Origin: Octopus sinensis
Lineage: Eukaryota
Length of the DNA: 64,000 bases
Assembly: GCF_006345805.1 (NCBI RefSeq)
Contig: NC_043003.1
Span: 111,352,001-111,416,000 of the forward strand
Reading direction: 5' to 3'
The notes beneath the pieces are model-generated. The model was not told the origin of the DNA, did no database searches, and saw nothing but the letters and a program-made list of their open reading frames with translations. Positions 40,679 to 54,800 of the stretch are shown in pieces. Position numbers and translations under genes: made by a program. Every line of letters starts with the position of its first letter. Positions within the stretch are counted from its first letter, which is position 1.

Positions 40679-41287
40679 AAGTATAAATTCTGCGTCATAT
40701 ACATTTACACATGCTGAAGAGACACAAGGGTGTACATGCAATTGGTTTGAGACCGAAATATTGGTACTTATGTGGGGTTTTTTTCTTTCTCGCAAGAGTT
40801 CACTTTAACACACACCAAATAAATACTCGAAACTGGAAGTCAGTTTTATGGAACTTATTATTTGTAGAATGGTTACTATGGAAGGTAGAAGGAACAGAAA
40901 TAGAAACTTAAAAATCTACGAATAGAAATATTATGTTAAAGTGTACATAGAGTATTACTATATAATTTGTTCTGCATATTTTACAATGAACTTTCTGGTA
41001 AGAGGTCACAACAAATAGTTGGCGTTTCGATGAAAAGCAGACATAAATATATTTCAATAAATTTTGATTCTATCATATTCGTGACGAATTTCTCTAAACA
41101 CAGATTTCTATTTCATCTTCAATATTAAAGAAAATTCAACATAACATAAGTATAGAACATCAAAATTAGCTGGAAAGGTACATGTTTTCTATGGGAAGTG
41201 AAACAGCTTCAATTTCATCCTGAGCCAGTAAACATCACCTAAATTAATTCCTAAAACGTAGATTTAAGTAAAATCATCTTGGATGGA

Positions 41288-41524
41288 ATACCTATTTCTT
41301 TACTACCCACAAGGGGCTAAACACAGAGAGGATAAACAAGGACAGACACACGGATTAAGTCGATTACATCGACCCCAGTGCGTAACTTTACCCATTTAAT
41401 CGACCCCGAAAGGATGAAAGGCAAAGTCGACCTCGGCGGAATTTGAACTCAAAACGTAACGGCAGACGTAATGCCGCTCGACATCTCGCCCGACGTGCTA
41501 ATGATTCTGCCAGCTCGCCGCCTT
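41288..41524 (-). mobile_element. SINE family B, full length with 13-bp target-site duplication
   Basis: Flanks tggatggaatacc (41280-41292) and tggatagaatacc (41525-41537). Confidence 0.92.
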
Positions 41525-42110
41525 TGGATAGAATACCTTTAAACCATTTCACTGTTTCAAAATAGTTGGGGTATAGAATCGTGTACATTTGATTTTAGTG
41601 ATTGAATAAGTGTGTTGACCGATACTCAGATATGTGCAGGAGACGTATTATTTGAAAGGAAACTGGAACTATGCACGAAATTAATGGTTGTTTGGTTGGT
41701 GACAATTTATAAAGTAACATTGTAGGCAGGTCACATAGCTGTGCAGTCATTCATTCCTGCTGTGATGTCTTTGAGGAACATTCTTAGAAAATTTGCTTTC
41801 AGTAACTTGCTGCAGTGTACATTTGTGATATTTTAAGATATCAATGAGAGTGTGAACAAGTAAATTAAGTAGAAAGAAATATGCAATTTCTAAGGGAGTA
41901 TAATTTTATTATGTAAGCACATTATAAAGTAAGGAATGTGATTACACTTCATATACATGCATAAATATGTATACGCGTGTGTGTATGCCTATATGCATGT
42001 ATGTGTGTGTGAGAAAAAGAGGGTGAGAGAGAGTGAGAGATCCTGATTAAACTATGGTGAGAGTGACCGCAAATTGCCCATCTCCAATATATTTGTTACC
42101 TCTACTTAAT

Positions 42111-42268
42111 AATTTACATTATTTACATTATTTATATTTGACGGATATTCGTCCTCATCTTGTTGTTGTTAACACAAAGTTTTGGCTGATATACTTTCCA
42201 GCCTTCATCAGGTGTCTTGGGGAAATTTCGAACGTGGGTTCGCATTCCTAAGGTATTTTTCGATGTTG

Positions 42269-42310
<42 letters not shown>

Positions 42311-42399
42311 TTATTATTACTATCATTCAGGTCACTGCCTGGAATCTCACTCGGTATCTTGGGGTTAGTATCCCGCGCTGTTAACCACTACGCCATATG
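42111..42399 (-). mobile_element. tRNA-headed, (AAT)n-containing element with PLE-derived hammerhead tail (best-preserved copy)
   Basis: Minus strand: tggcgtagtggttaacagcgcgggatactaacccc..gagtgagattccaggc, (AAT)n, then gacac CTGATGA aggctg gaaagtatat cagcc AAAAC tt tgtgtt (42171-42216) and an (aatgtaaat)n tail. Confidence 0.88.
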
Positions 42400-43622
42400 G
42401 CGTAGTGGTTAAAAGCGCGCGCTTACAACTCGAATACATCCTAAATTTTCGCTAACTTTCAGGATTGAAACCAATATACCCATTGCACCATTTGAAACGA
42501 CGTGAATCAGATGTTTAATTTTACTCCAGATTCTATGATTGTTATAGTTTTGTTAAAAATAAATAGAATCTTTATGTCTAACAAGGATAATCAACCAATC
42601 AAGCAGAATTACATTGAAGATATTTGAATTTCCCCCGTTAAATATAGCAGCAAGAATGTTCAAACATTCAAAACAAAAAGGGCCAAATTGTATCGCATTT
42701 TTTCAAATTTGGGAAATTCGTGGAAAACTTGAAATAATCTTAAACAAAGCAGAACAAATAAAGCTAATAACAGAACCTGTGTATAAATATGGGAAATGAT
42801 ATTGCTAACATCGGGTCATTTAATATAATTTATTGTAATTTAGTGCCACTTCATCAGTAGCAACTGTCAAAGTAACTATTGTTTATTTGTTTCCCCAAAA
42901 CAATATTTATCATAACCTTTGAGCGTTTACAAACGAACATTTGTCGAAGTCGTTGCACATATTTACCTTGATAATTTTTCCTATTCATCATAGATGATTC
43001 TTACTTGCTCATCATTTCCATTTATCTTCCGCTAAGCACAAATTGCTGAGTCAATAAAATGGCATATTTCGATCAAAAGGGCGACAGTTTGAATATGACC
43101 ATTGATCATTGAAGCTGCTCCATGCTTTCCAAATAACTACATTAATATTAGACTGGAGAACCGTTGCATCAGTGTAAATATTGTAAATCTTTATATGAAG
43201 TGAAGCTCTTCTGCAGTTCTCAAAAGCTCCAATTTCGAGATCATGGAATATAAACTATAAGTAACTTCCATTGTCAAAAGCAGTTCAGTTTTGAATCTTG
43301 AATAAAATTTTTGGAACATAAGACTAATAGCAAGAGTGTCTGCATGGTATGCGCTTTTATGTGCATTTAATTTATTTAGTATGCAACAAAGTATCTGTGT
43401 AGTGATTTCTGAGAAATGGGACCATCATCACGCGCACGAAGTTTTATTTGAAGCGTAAAATATAATTTCCCCCTCTTCATTTAAGTGATTATAAAAAAAC
43501 TCGTTCTCTTCCGGTACTCACCTCTCTCGCTCACTCTCCCCTCTCTCTCTCTCTCTCTAGTTATCTATCTAACTGTATATATTATATATAATATATATAT
43601 ATATATATACATACATACATAC

Positions 43623-43658
<36 letters not shown>

Positions 43659-43720
43659 CTGTCTTCTTGTCTATCTGTCTGTCTGTCTGTCTATCGATCT
43701 ATCTATCTCTCTATCGTTTC

Positions 43721-44072
43721 TATTATGTTAAACTGTCATATGTCCAAATTTGGCCAAATACGTATTTTTTCCAATAGTTATTTTTGCTTGCAATAGCCTG
43801 TTCATTTGATCAAACTATCGTATCTCCAGCTGCTTCAGATGCCAATTTATGAAAATTGTCAGTGTCAAAGTTCCACATACGACAAAAATGTTTCTGACTG
43901 ATAATATCATACAAAATGGAGTTACGGTTATATGCACCCAGCAAATTATTATTGCTAAGTTCAAACTGTTGCTAATGTTAAAAGGAATGGAATGAATGGT
44001 GAAACTATATTTTCGTTTTCTGAAAAAGGAACCTTTTGGACTTTTGAAACATTTGCAGAATAGCAGCGATAT
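43721..44072 (+). pseudogene. Possible decayed coding exon, paralogous to 61073-61322
   Basis: Clear nucleotide homology to 61073-61322. The + frame reads as a disrupted signal-peptide-like N-terminus. Coding strand not established. Confidence 0.35.
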
Positions 44073-46199
44073 ATGTATATATATAGATAGATGTTGAAAC
44101 CACGTGGCCGGGCATCTAGAACACTCAGGTTTACCTGCACCTACCACAGGGTTAGGTATAATAAATACGTAATATATTTGCTTTGGCTGTCACTCCCTTT
44201 TTACTAAATCACCAAGAGAACTCACTATAGTCATGGATTTCTTGAACACAACTTATTGATAGCTTATAAATTACAATGTATTATGACTATTAGTAATATA
44301 CAAAATAATATCAAAAGTTCTGATAAAGATCAGTCCATAAGCTGGACCCCAAGAGATTTAATATTTCTATTTTTCTCTAAAGAATGAAAAGTTATTCGAA
44401 CTCGCTGTGGTTTGATATGGGAATTGAGTCGAAGTCACTATATATTGCAAATCATTTAATATGCTTTCTTTTTTTGCTGTATAATCTATTCCTCCATTAG
44501 TTTGGGATATCACTATTTTACATTTAGGGCACAAAATCTAATAATTTTCTAAGGAAGAGAAGATGATTAAATTTACCCTATTACTTGACTGGTCCCTTTT
44601 GTTTTACCGACCCTGAAACAGATGGAAGGCAAAGCTGACATTTGAGCTCGGAGTGTAAAGAGCCGTAAGAAGTATCGGTAACGATTCTTGCAGCCGGTGT
44701 CTTATTTTTATAGAATCTAATAAAACAATATGATAGCTCAAAATAGTTAGAAATGATAAATTATCTTAATATATCCTTCATAATTTTTATTTTCATTGCT
44801 TTCTAATTTACGTTCAGACTGTACTTTTAATTTTTCATTGTCTTCAAATGCGGATTAATTTAATGATTAAAATTTTACAGATCTTTTGATTGGAATTTAT
44901 GCGGCCAACTGTCAAGAATTCTACTTGTTGACGTAAAAGAAATCAACATATAATTCGTTTATAAATATTCTCTATATAATTAATTCATCCGGAATCGTTT
45001 CAGATTAAAGTGAAAGAAATAACTTCAAATATTTAAAGGAAAAACGCTTCTGGAATTCGAAGTTAATATCTTATGCGGATACATTCACAAACACACCAAT
45101 GCAGCCAAAACAACAAATAAAACAAGGAAAGCTAGGAAAAATATGATTAGTTGGAGGCTACTACAAAACTGTTGAAATATTCCTTAATCATTTCTCTTAA
45201 GATTTTAGGGATAGAAGAATGGCTGAATTAAAAATATCCACGAACGCCTGTGCGACGAAAAACATTCTGTGAAGGGTTTGTTATCTTCACTATTGTAACG
45301 TAATGACTCATGAAACTTGTGTTTGTATAATGTACCGCATAATGAGGATACTCCATCTTTATCTCATCGATTGACTCTTACGACATTCAAGCAAAATACA
45401 AAAAAAATGTAGTATTTCGGTTTAATTTGATCTCGGAATCACTAAACTCATTGCAATTAGTATACTAGTGCGTGGCCGATTAATTATTTTAGAAATTTGC
45501 ACCTCAAATTATCAGTTGTGTTTATTGACGAAAATAGGAAAACCAAATGACAGTTACAATTTATTAAGCGTTAGCGAAATGCACTCTGTAGTAAATCATT
45601 CGAGGCAAGTTTATGGTTCAAAAATGTCTTCCTTCTTCACTCAACCCCTATCTACTTAGAGAACCTGCAATAAGTCATGAGCACTGCTTTCTCTCCTCGC
45701 TAAAAGATATAAAAAAAGATTGAGAAGGCATTTTCTGGCTAATACATCGAAAGGAAAACGGCATTTCAGTTCAAGAATGAGTTCGGTGAGCCAAATGCTC
45801 TCAATGATTTTAGGGCACTAAATCAGATACAATTAGAATTATGGTGATGGAATCAGTGTTAGTTAAGTATCTTCACTAATGATGTACACAATGTAATAGA
45901 AAATTATCAACAACTTCGAATCATGACTATAAACTCCAACGCAGTTTTGACTCAGTAAACTGATTATCATTAGCAGGAAATTTAAAAGAAATACGTGGAG
46001 ACCATCTGCTGTAATTTAGGAGCGGTGCAGCTTCCCTTGCAGCATGATATCCAATGCTTTATTTATGTATTTTTCAATTTAAGCATAAAACCAACTATAA
46101 TCAGTAAAAAAGGGAATAACGTTTATAATTCATATAGTAACGGACAACGGGACAAGATGAACAATTTTGTAACAGAAAATTTTCGAAGTTCCTTTTTGC

Positions 46200-46401
46200 T
46201 TTTTACATTTTACTTGTTTCAGTCATTTCGCTACAGCCAAGCTGGAGCATCACATTAAATATTTTAAGTCGAAGAAATCGACTTCATGGTTTATACTTTT
46301 AAAACCTGGTACGTATTCTATCGTTTTCTTTCGCCGAGTCGCTAAGTTACAAAGGGTGCAAACAGGCACAAAGATACACACATAGATGTATTAGATGTAA
46401 A

Positions 46402-46450
<49 letters not shown>

Positions 46451-46570
46451 TGGGCTTCTTTCGGTTTCCGTCTACCAAATCCATTCACAAGTCTTTTTCT
46501 CAGCTCAAGGTTATAGTAGACCGACGCAGTGTGTCTGAACGAGCTTCTACCACACAGCCACGCTTGCCCC
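46200..46570 (-). mobile_element. Diverged SINE family A
   Basis: tttacttgtttcagtcatt...gggcttctttcggtttccgtctaccaaatcc...ctaccacacagccac. Confidence 0.85.
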
Positions 46571-46864
46571 TGTAGTTATTTGTTTATTAACAGCAGTGTA
46601 TCACCTAGTACGTGCATTAAAGCGCTACTAATAGTTTCATATGTTGAAATGACTCAAACATATTCTTCAGGCGCAAGGCACATATCATCACTAACTAAAT
46701 AGACTAATTGAAAAATACAAAAATATTTAGAAGGCAACATATAGAAAACGTAGACAGTAGACAACAGAGAACAGAAATTAAAATGTAAAAAGTAAAAATT
46801 AAAAATACAAAAGAGCTCTCCTCCTTAGACCTTAAATGATAATGCGGGAAATATATCAAGTCAG

Positions 46865-47480
46865 TCAGGAACAGGCCAAGTATTCCAGTTCTTCAAAATA
46901 TATACATATACGACCACTGAAAATTACTGACCTGGAGTTCAATAGAGAGTTAGAGATCTTAGATCTGAACAGGAACTGAGCTTTTTCAGCCAAATATAGT
47001 CTACATTTATTGAATCCATTCACATAAGGTATGGATTTCTCAATTACGTTCCATTTAATCACATGCTGTGTTTCGTAGCTAGCCAACTTAGTAACTTTAC
47101 TTTGACACTGTGTTGGAAGGAGGCTATGTGATAGGCATAGCGGTTTTTAAAATCACCTTCACATAATCCAGTATAGCTCTTCTTATCAGTTGTATTATTA
47201 TTTAGGGTTGCAGTAACTTCTGCTTCATTTAGTCATACATCGTTGGTCAAGTGGACTGGTTTCTGGGTCGCGACAGATGCATCTGGATTCAGGCTCTTGG
47301 TATTGACCACGTGTAATGATAAACTTCATCTTGGGGCAGCAGTTATATGATAGTTTCATAGACAGCCTATTGGATATTTTCCTGTATCTGTGAGTGGCTG
47401 GAAAGTGTTTGTCTAGGAAAATATTTAACAGGCGTTCTGTGAAATTATCATATAGTTGCTGGCCCAATATGAAGAGTAAC
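46865..47480 (-). mobile_element. Naiad-like PLE fragment (RT thumb/linker plus GIY-YIG)
   Basis: FLDKHFPATHRYRKISNRLSMKLSYNCCPKMK..CICRDPETSPLDQRCMTK; KSYTGLCEGDFKNRY; IKWNVIEKSIPYVNGFNKCRLYLAEK..LLNSRS. Confidence 0.8.
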
Positions 47481-47805
47481 ATTACACGTGGTAAATATCA
47501 AGAGCCTGAATCTAGTTGCAACTAATGCGACCCAGGGTCAAATCCACTTGACTAACGACATAAGACTAAATCTATTATATATAAGTTACTGCAAACTTAA
47601 ATAATAATACAACTGATAAGAAGACTTATATTGGACTATGTAAAGGTGAATTTTAAATTCGCTATACGTAGCCTCCTTCCGACAAAGCGAGAAAATTAAA
47701 GCTATTAAGTTGGCTGTGTACATATGGAATTCGATTAAATGGAAAGTAATTGACAAATCCATATCTTATGTGAACGTATCGAATAAATGTAGATTTGTTT
47801 GGATG
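47481..47805 (+). mobile_element. Inverted second copy of the same Naiad-like GIY-YIG region
   Basis: ITRGKYQEPESSCN..KKTYIGLCKGEF..LAVYIWNSIKWKVIDKSISYVNVSNKCRF; reverse-complement homolog of ~46960-47317. Confidence 0.8.
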
Positions 47806-50800
47806 AATTAGCGCAAATCTTGTTCATATCTGCGATCCCTAAATCTCTATTGAACTCCAGTTCAGATACTTTAGTCGCATGCGTATATATGAATATATTT
47901 TGAAGAATGGGAAAATTCCGCCTATTCCTGACTGACTTGCTACCTTTCCAACCTTATCATTTAAGGTATAAGGATAGAGCTGTTACCTTTTTACTTTTTT
48001 ATAATCTATATTTTAGTTTCTGTTCATCGTTTTCCGCTGTTTATTGTCTGCGTTTTCTATACGCCTTCTCAATTTTTTCGCGCTTCTTTCTCCGCACCTA
48101 CACTACAATGCAGTAACGGAAGCTTGAGCGTTCTGCGGTCGTTTGTAATGCCTTAAATAGTAGTGAAACATCTTCCAAATCACATCCTCACAAACGAGGT
48201 ACTGAATAAACCAGGTACTAAAAACTTCCAATTAAATTGCATTGGAGAAAAGAATCAAAAACGTTAAGGCTATAACTATTAGGCTGTCAAAGAAAAAGTG
48301 AGATGAGGATTCAATTCATATGAAATATGTTTCATATATAATAAAAATTAAGTTGTTTCTGGTTTCTTGGGGTCAAAATCAATTTTCAGAATGGGGCAGA
48401 TTTGAAACAGGAATGTGTAAAAAATAAGGAAAATCCAATGAGACGTTTCATGTTTTTTGACCACATGCATCCTACACGCAAAAGTTGCTACAAACGTGAA
48501 GTGCATCTTAATTTCACAACCTACGCATAAGGTTTAAAACGAGATCACACTGGACAATGTAGTCCATTATACATAGCAAAAATTACATTATTTTCCTCTC
48601 TGGTTCACCTCTATTAGGTGCTTTTCGTTTAAGTTATAGAAGCCTCATAGCTGAAACAAATATTGCATTTTAAATTTACTGTGACATTGTTTTAGCCTTG
48701 GAAATATGAAAGACTTTACAACCTTTCATTCGTCCAAGACTGAAACAATGTATCAGCACTTGTTTGGTTTCGAAGCACCTGGAGCAAAGGAATTATATGA
48801 AACAAAAATTAGGAAAGTCTATTTATTTTTGCTTCATTAGTATTACAATATTGATATTCATTTCTGAATTTAAGGAAACGCTGCTGATGACAATATATGT
48901 AAATCTAATGTGATATTATGATAGTGCTTAGAGGGAAGAGGCAACAATGTTTATTTCGTGTAATTATTAAAGAATATCCATTGTGTATTCTGGCACAGTT
49001 GTTGACATCATGTCTCTATCTCTTTATGACACGTATACCTTCAGGCGTATATTTCAGAATTCTTGGAGACTGGAATCCAATCAAAATATGTTTACAACTA
49101 GACACACATATGAGAGGAATTTGTTGCAACCAGGATTAGTTAACTGAGAAACACACTCGCCATTATTCAGAGGTATTTTGATGGTGTATATATGTGCGTG
49201 TGTGTATTTGTGTATCTACACACACACATGTGTCTCTTTACGCGCTGATATGATCATTCTCCACATACTTATATGCCCACATAGATATGGGTGAGTGGAT
49301 GTTGTCGGAGCGAGTGTGTGTAAAATAATCAAAACGTTATTTATATAGAAAATCCGATATGTAGGTAAGTATCTAGCTAGCTGTGTAGATAGGAAAATCA
49401 ATAAATAAATAGAAAAAGAGAAACGGATACAATTATGTTGCCTAATCAACGCACAATCAAAATGTGTTGCAATTAGCTTAATCACCAAGTTACCGGCTTC
49501 ACTGCCGGGAATTCAAGAAGAATTAAATATCAATACAGAATCAGGCAGAGAAAATATAAAATTTATATATATATTGCTTTTAACTTCAGCTACACCGGAG
49601 AGCAACAGTGACCCTTTACATCATTACGAATATATCAGTTACTATTGTAGTTTGTGTTATTCTTCAACTCTAGGTCAGTTTTGATGGAGATGAATAACGA
49701 AATTTAACTCGATGAAGATCACCACGTCTATATTCGTTTGTTGAATAGCTGAGAATGCATTATCCAAACTAATTTTGTGAGAGATTATTGGGAGAGGCTT
49801 GAGAGACAGAGATAGGGAGACAAACAGAGAGAGAGACAGAGAGAGAGTGACACTTGGATGCTTTTGAATCCTATCGAACAACCATATAGAGGCTTTATTT
49901 ATTCATCTTCATCTGGATGCGAAATAGAGTTTGCAAGTATACATTACTTTACGCTCTATGGTGCATAAATACTTTATGAAAATGCCTACCTCTCTTTGCC
50001 AGCTGTCAGTATCATCACCTTTATTATATTTGTGGGGGGAAAAGGCCACCACAATTATATTAGCATATCTCTCAAAGACATGCTAATATTATTGGTATAA
50101 AAATTCTCATAAGAAATACATAAAAAGACTCAATATTTATTTTAATGCATTGCAAAAATCATTGTCTTTCAAAGGGGTAATTAGACATGTATACTTCACC
50201 AAGCTAAAGTCAGTAACAGTGCTTGTTGGTGGTGGCGAAATTATTTAAATCAGGCATATAGTATTTGAAACTAAGAGGATGACCGATATAAACGTATAGT
50301 ACTATATACAACAATACATTTAGATATACAATTGACACATCAAGTAAGTATATATGACGTGCAAGCCAGTGAATACCGGAAGATTCGCTGCAAAGGTTAA
50401 TGGAAAATGTTTCTAAAATTAATACTTGTTTTAAAACGAAAGAAAACAAAGCGAGAAAATAAAGATATCTCAAACATTTAAATTATGGTAACTAAAGGTT
50501 TTCCTGCATGCTTTTAGCTATTTCGCCCGTTGGCTGTTAGTATTTGCGCTAGGGGATACCACTTGAAACATCTGAACAAGAATTCTGATATATTTCTGGT
50601 TCTACGATAATAACGTTCATTTGAAGACTAGTCAGACAGTATCCTTTGAGAAACTCATCAATCATGTAGATGGCGTTAATATATCACCAAAATAATAGCC
50701 GTGAAAGGAAGCTATCTTGAGCTTTGCTATTATTGTATTCCTTTCGTTTCAGATATTCATATATAAAGGAGGATTCTTAAAACGCCTACATTTAACTCCG

Positions 50801-52544
50801 CTTTTTGCGTAATTATTTTATAGAAATCTAAATATGATTCCTTGTAGATTTGGTCATGTAATTACTAATTCTTTCTTGGAACGAGCTAGTACCAGTAACC
50901 ATACGGGTACTTGGTTGAATTAAATGTGTTCATTTTGCAATGTGAATCAACTCAAGAAAAAAAAAACCAGGTCCACACCGGTAGACATACCTATACTGAG
51001 TGAAATACAGGCATACAGACCTTCGCATTCAAACACACATACACACACACACACACACACACTGCAACATACATGTACACACACGCACATGCACACACAA
51101 AAGAATACACACACACACACATATTGTGTGTGTGTCAAGAAGAGAGCAGGATTTTATTTCTGCATTTCTAATTTTATACATTCACATGAAGACATTAGTC
51201 TAAGTCTTATGTACTCTACGCCACCACGATCAATCATTGAGTTATTGAAAAGTTCTTTCTATATTGGTAGCAAGAAGTAATAGTGATGGTGATTCTTAGT
51301 GAGCCGCGAAAACAGTCTCTTTTAGTTACATTACAAGACAATGACCTGTGAAATGTTGATGAAGAAAAAACAAATACGATTTGAGTATATGCGAAATCAA
51401 CACGAAGGTACAATCTAGAAGAGTCAGTTTATAAATTTCATAATGTATTGCACTTAGAAGATCACACAATATCCATATTTCGAAGGTAAAGTTCATAAGA
51501 AATAGGAGGTACTAAGAGGGATAACTTGGAGTCGGTAATGCTATGGATTTTGACAAATAAGCTATATATTTACATACATATATGTTGTGTACGTTTGTAT
51601 CCATGCATGCAAGTGTAGCTGCGTATATGTGGCAGCGCAAGAGAGTGATGGGAAATAGACTTTAGTTTAATTCAAATGTGCTTATAACAGATTTATCTGG
51701 TAAAACTATTTCACTGCGGTTTATCGTTACTAGACTTTCTCACTGATGGTAAAGGTGTAAATATACAGCTATCAACACAGTACCCCCGAGGTAATATGTG
51801 CTTTCACATTTCCCAGTAAAGCGTTATATTTAAACACAACAAAGTATATATATATATATATAATATATAAATAGATAAATAGATAGATAGATAGGTAGAT
51901 AGATAGATAGGTAGATAGATAGATATAAATATAGGTGTCTACCCGAGTATAAAATTATAACTGTATTTCTTTACATGGATACTAGTGCCCCACACACGCT
52001 CATTTATATATATGCGTGTCTCTGTATATGTGTGTGTTTGTGTCTATATGTGCGTAACTATATATATATATATGTATGTATAAGTACGTATGTATGAATA
52101 TCTGTTTATATATTTATACATCTATATATACATGTATGTACCTATGTATGCATGTATGCATATATACATACATAGATATTTAGATAAACCGGATAAAAAG
52201 ATAAATAGTTACATTTGTCGATATATCAATATATCAATACATCGATATGTGTCTATATAAATTCTCTGTCTGGCTGGAAAATTAATTCCCAGCCTAACTA
52301 AATATTTCATAGGCTGAACAGCATTGCAAATCATACCGCCAACAAGGATATTAGCAATTGAGCTAACGAACAGGCGTGTTGTTGTGTACTGCAGCTGTTA
52401 TATTTTAAGACTAAACTCTCAAATTTTCAATGTCTTATGAAATGGAAGATTACATTATGAAAGTTAGTTTTTATAAAGAAAGTGACACAGAAAATTCGAG
52501 AAGTAGAATTTTCATAGAAATTTGGAGAGTAACGCGAATTATTC

Positions 52545-53003
52545 TTTGCTGCTCTAGGCACAAAGCCTGAAATTTTCGACCACACTACGAAATGGTACTT
52601 AATTTATCGACCTCGAAAGAATGGGAGGGAAAGTCCACCTCCACAGAGTTTGAAATCTGAACATGAAAACAGATCTACCTATTTTTTACTACCCACAAGG
52701 GGCTAAACACAAGGACAGACAGACGGATTAAGTCGATTAGATCGACCCCAGTACGCAACTGGTACTTACTTTATCGACCCTGAAGGCAAAGTGGACCTCG
52801 GTGGAATTTGAAATCTGAACGTAACGGTAGAGGATATACCTATTTCTTTACTACCTACAAGGGGCTAAACACAGAGACTACAAACACGGACAGACAAATG
52901 GATTACGTCGATTTCGGTGGAATTTGATCTCAGAACGTAACGGCAGACAAAATACCGCTCAGCCTTTCGCCCGTCGTGCTAACGTTTCTGCCAGCTCACC
53001 GCC
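52545..53003 (-). mobile_element. Head-to-tail trimer of SINE family B units
   Basis: One 5' head at 53003. Units joined where tail aataggta(t) meets the internal site upstream of ccgttacgttc (junctions near 52835 and 52675). First unit lacks the Meta-like core. Confidence 0.85.
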
Positions 53004-53159
53004 TTACTATTGTGAAATATTCAGTAGCAAAATCGAACGAAGTCAAACAAACATCATTGGAAGAGTAGGCGATATATGTGTTCATGTCCGTCTACCTATC
53101 TATCTGCTTATCTATCTAGCAATCAATACACACACAAATATATACACGTATATAAATAT

Positions 53160-53193
<34 letters not shown>

Positions 53194-53196
53194 AAC

Positions 53197-53228
<32 letters not shown>

Positions 53229-53405
53229 ATATATATATATATGTGTGTATTAATTTTCTCGAGTCGTTAGCTTGATCTCAATTGATTAAATGACCAATTG
53301 TATAAGCCTAGCAGTAATGTACCAATAATAACTACGGAAAACAGTTGTAAGCTGTGTTTGCTCCAATGAAGGCATTATATATAACGATCATTATTGTTAA
53401 GTTGT

Positions 53406-53446
<41 letters not shown>

Positions 53447-53447
<1 letters not shown>

Positions 53448-53987
53448 CCACGAATTTGCACCTAGAGGTGTCCATTCGCTGCCCCAAAAAATCAACGTAT
53501 CAACAGGCTCGTGAAAGTTGACTAACAAGGCACAGAATACGTACGGTTTTGCATAAAGAATTGAATTTTCGTCTGTGTAAATTCCATTACGTGCAGGAGC
53601 TAACACCTTAAAACTGTAACTGCAGAAGTCCAGAAGTCCAGTATTCTAAGAATCCAGGTTTTATTACATGTTATTTTTATCTGTGTAGTTGCACAAAACA
53701 GGAGGTGTACACGACAAAACCTCGAACACTGGTGGACTTCGAGTGAGGGATTCGGGAGGGTCCCAGGGATATTCCAGATGACGTCCTTCAAAAGATTGTT
53801 CATTCCATTCCTGGCCATTTGAGGAAACTGGTTCACGCCACCGTTGTTTACGTTGAAATGTGAAGATTTACTTTCATTTTCCCATGCAATAAAGAACATG
53901 CATCGTTTCATTCAATAAATTTGTAAAAGGAATATGGAATTTATTACCAATTTTTAATAGCAACTTATATTTCACCCACGCTGTATA
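53447..53987 (+). mobile_element. Internally deleted Tc1/mariner transposon, 3' end
   Basis: RTVLHKELNFRLCKFHYVQELTP and C-terminal IPDDVLQKIVHSIPGHLRKLVHATVVYVEM*; TIR-like atttcacccacgctgtata. Confidence 0.7.
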
Positions 53988-54099
53988 TACATACACACAC
54001 GCACGCGCGGCGCACACACACACAAAGACACACATATCTGTACATATGTATGTTAGTGTACATATATATACATACATATGTATAAATGTATATATATAT

Positions 54100-54130
<31 letters not shown>

Positions 54131-54140
54131 ACATATATAT

Positions 54141-54172
<32 letters not shown>

Positions 54173-54358
54173 ATATATATATATATACATGCGTATGTAT
54201 ATTCATAATTCTTAATCATTTCCTTCCTTTATTAAATACATTCTACCGAAGTGTGTACGCTGGAAACCTAGAAGGCTTTTCCATTTTTCCTGAGAGTTAA
54301 ACTGACAAAACTGGTTCTTGTTCCTGCAACTGCGTTCTCCTTTTAATCTGTAAATTTG

Positions 54359-54441
<83 letters not shown>

Positions 54442-54461
54442 TATATATATATATATATATA

Positions 54462-54800
54462 CAGGAGTGGCGGTGTGGTAAGTAGCTTGTCTTCTGCTAT
54501 AGCTCGGGCCGACCAAAGCTTCTGGGTGGATTTGGTAGACGGAAAAGAAAAAGAGCCTGTCGTATATATGTATATATATATGTATGTGTATGTGTGTTTG
54601 TGTGTCTGTGTTTGTCCCTCTAGCATTGCTTTACAACCGATGCTGGTGTGTTTACGTCACTTAGTGGTTCGGCAAAAGAGATCGATAGAATAAGTACTGG
54701 GCTTACAAAGAATAAGTCCCGGGGTCTATTTGCTCGACTAAAGGCCGTGCTCCAGCATGGCCGCAGTCAAATGACTGAAACAAGTAAAAGAGTAAAATAG
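54462..54800 (+). mobile_element. SINE family A with deletion in the tRNA region
   Basis: caggagtggcggtgtggtaagtagcttg|tcttctgctatagc...gaaacaagtaaaagagtaaaa. Confidence 0.9.

Noticed and set aside
43020-43335. Minus-strand reading HDLEIGAFENC.. resembling a leucine-rich repeat
   Set aside because: One partial motif with nearby stops and no repeat periodicity.
49480-50473. Cys-loop/chemotactile receptor gene (hydrophobic ORF 50210-50473, TM-like reading at 49590)
   Set aside because: No Cys-loop, WxPD or other family motif found; hydrophobic readings are common in T-rich DNA.
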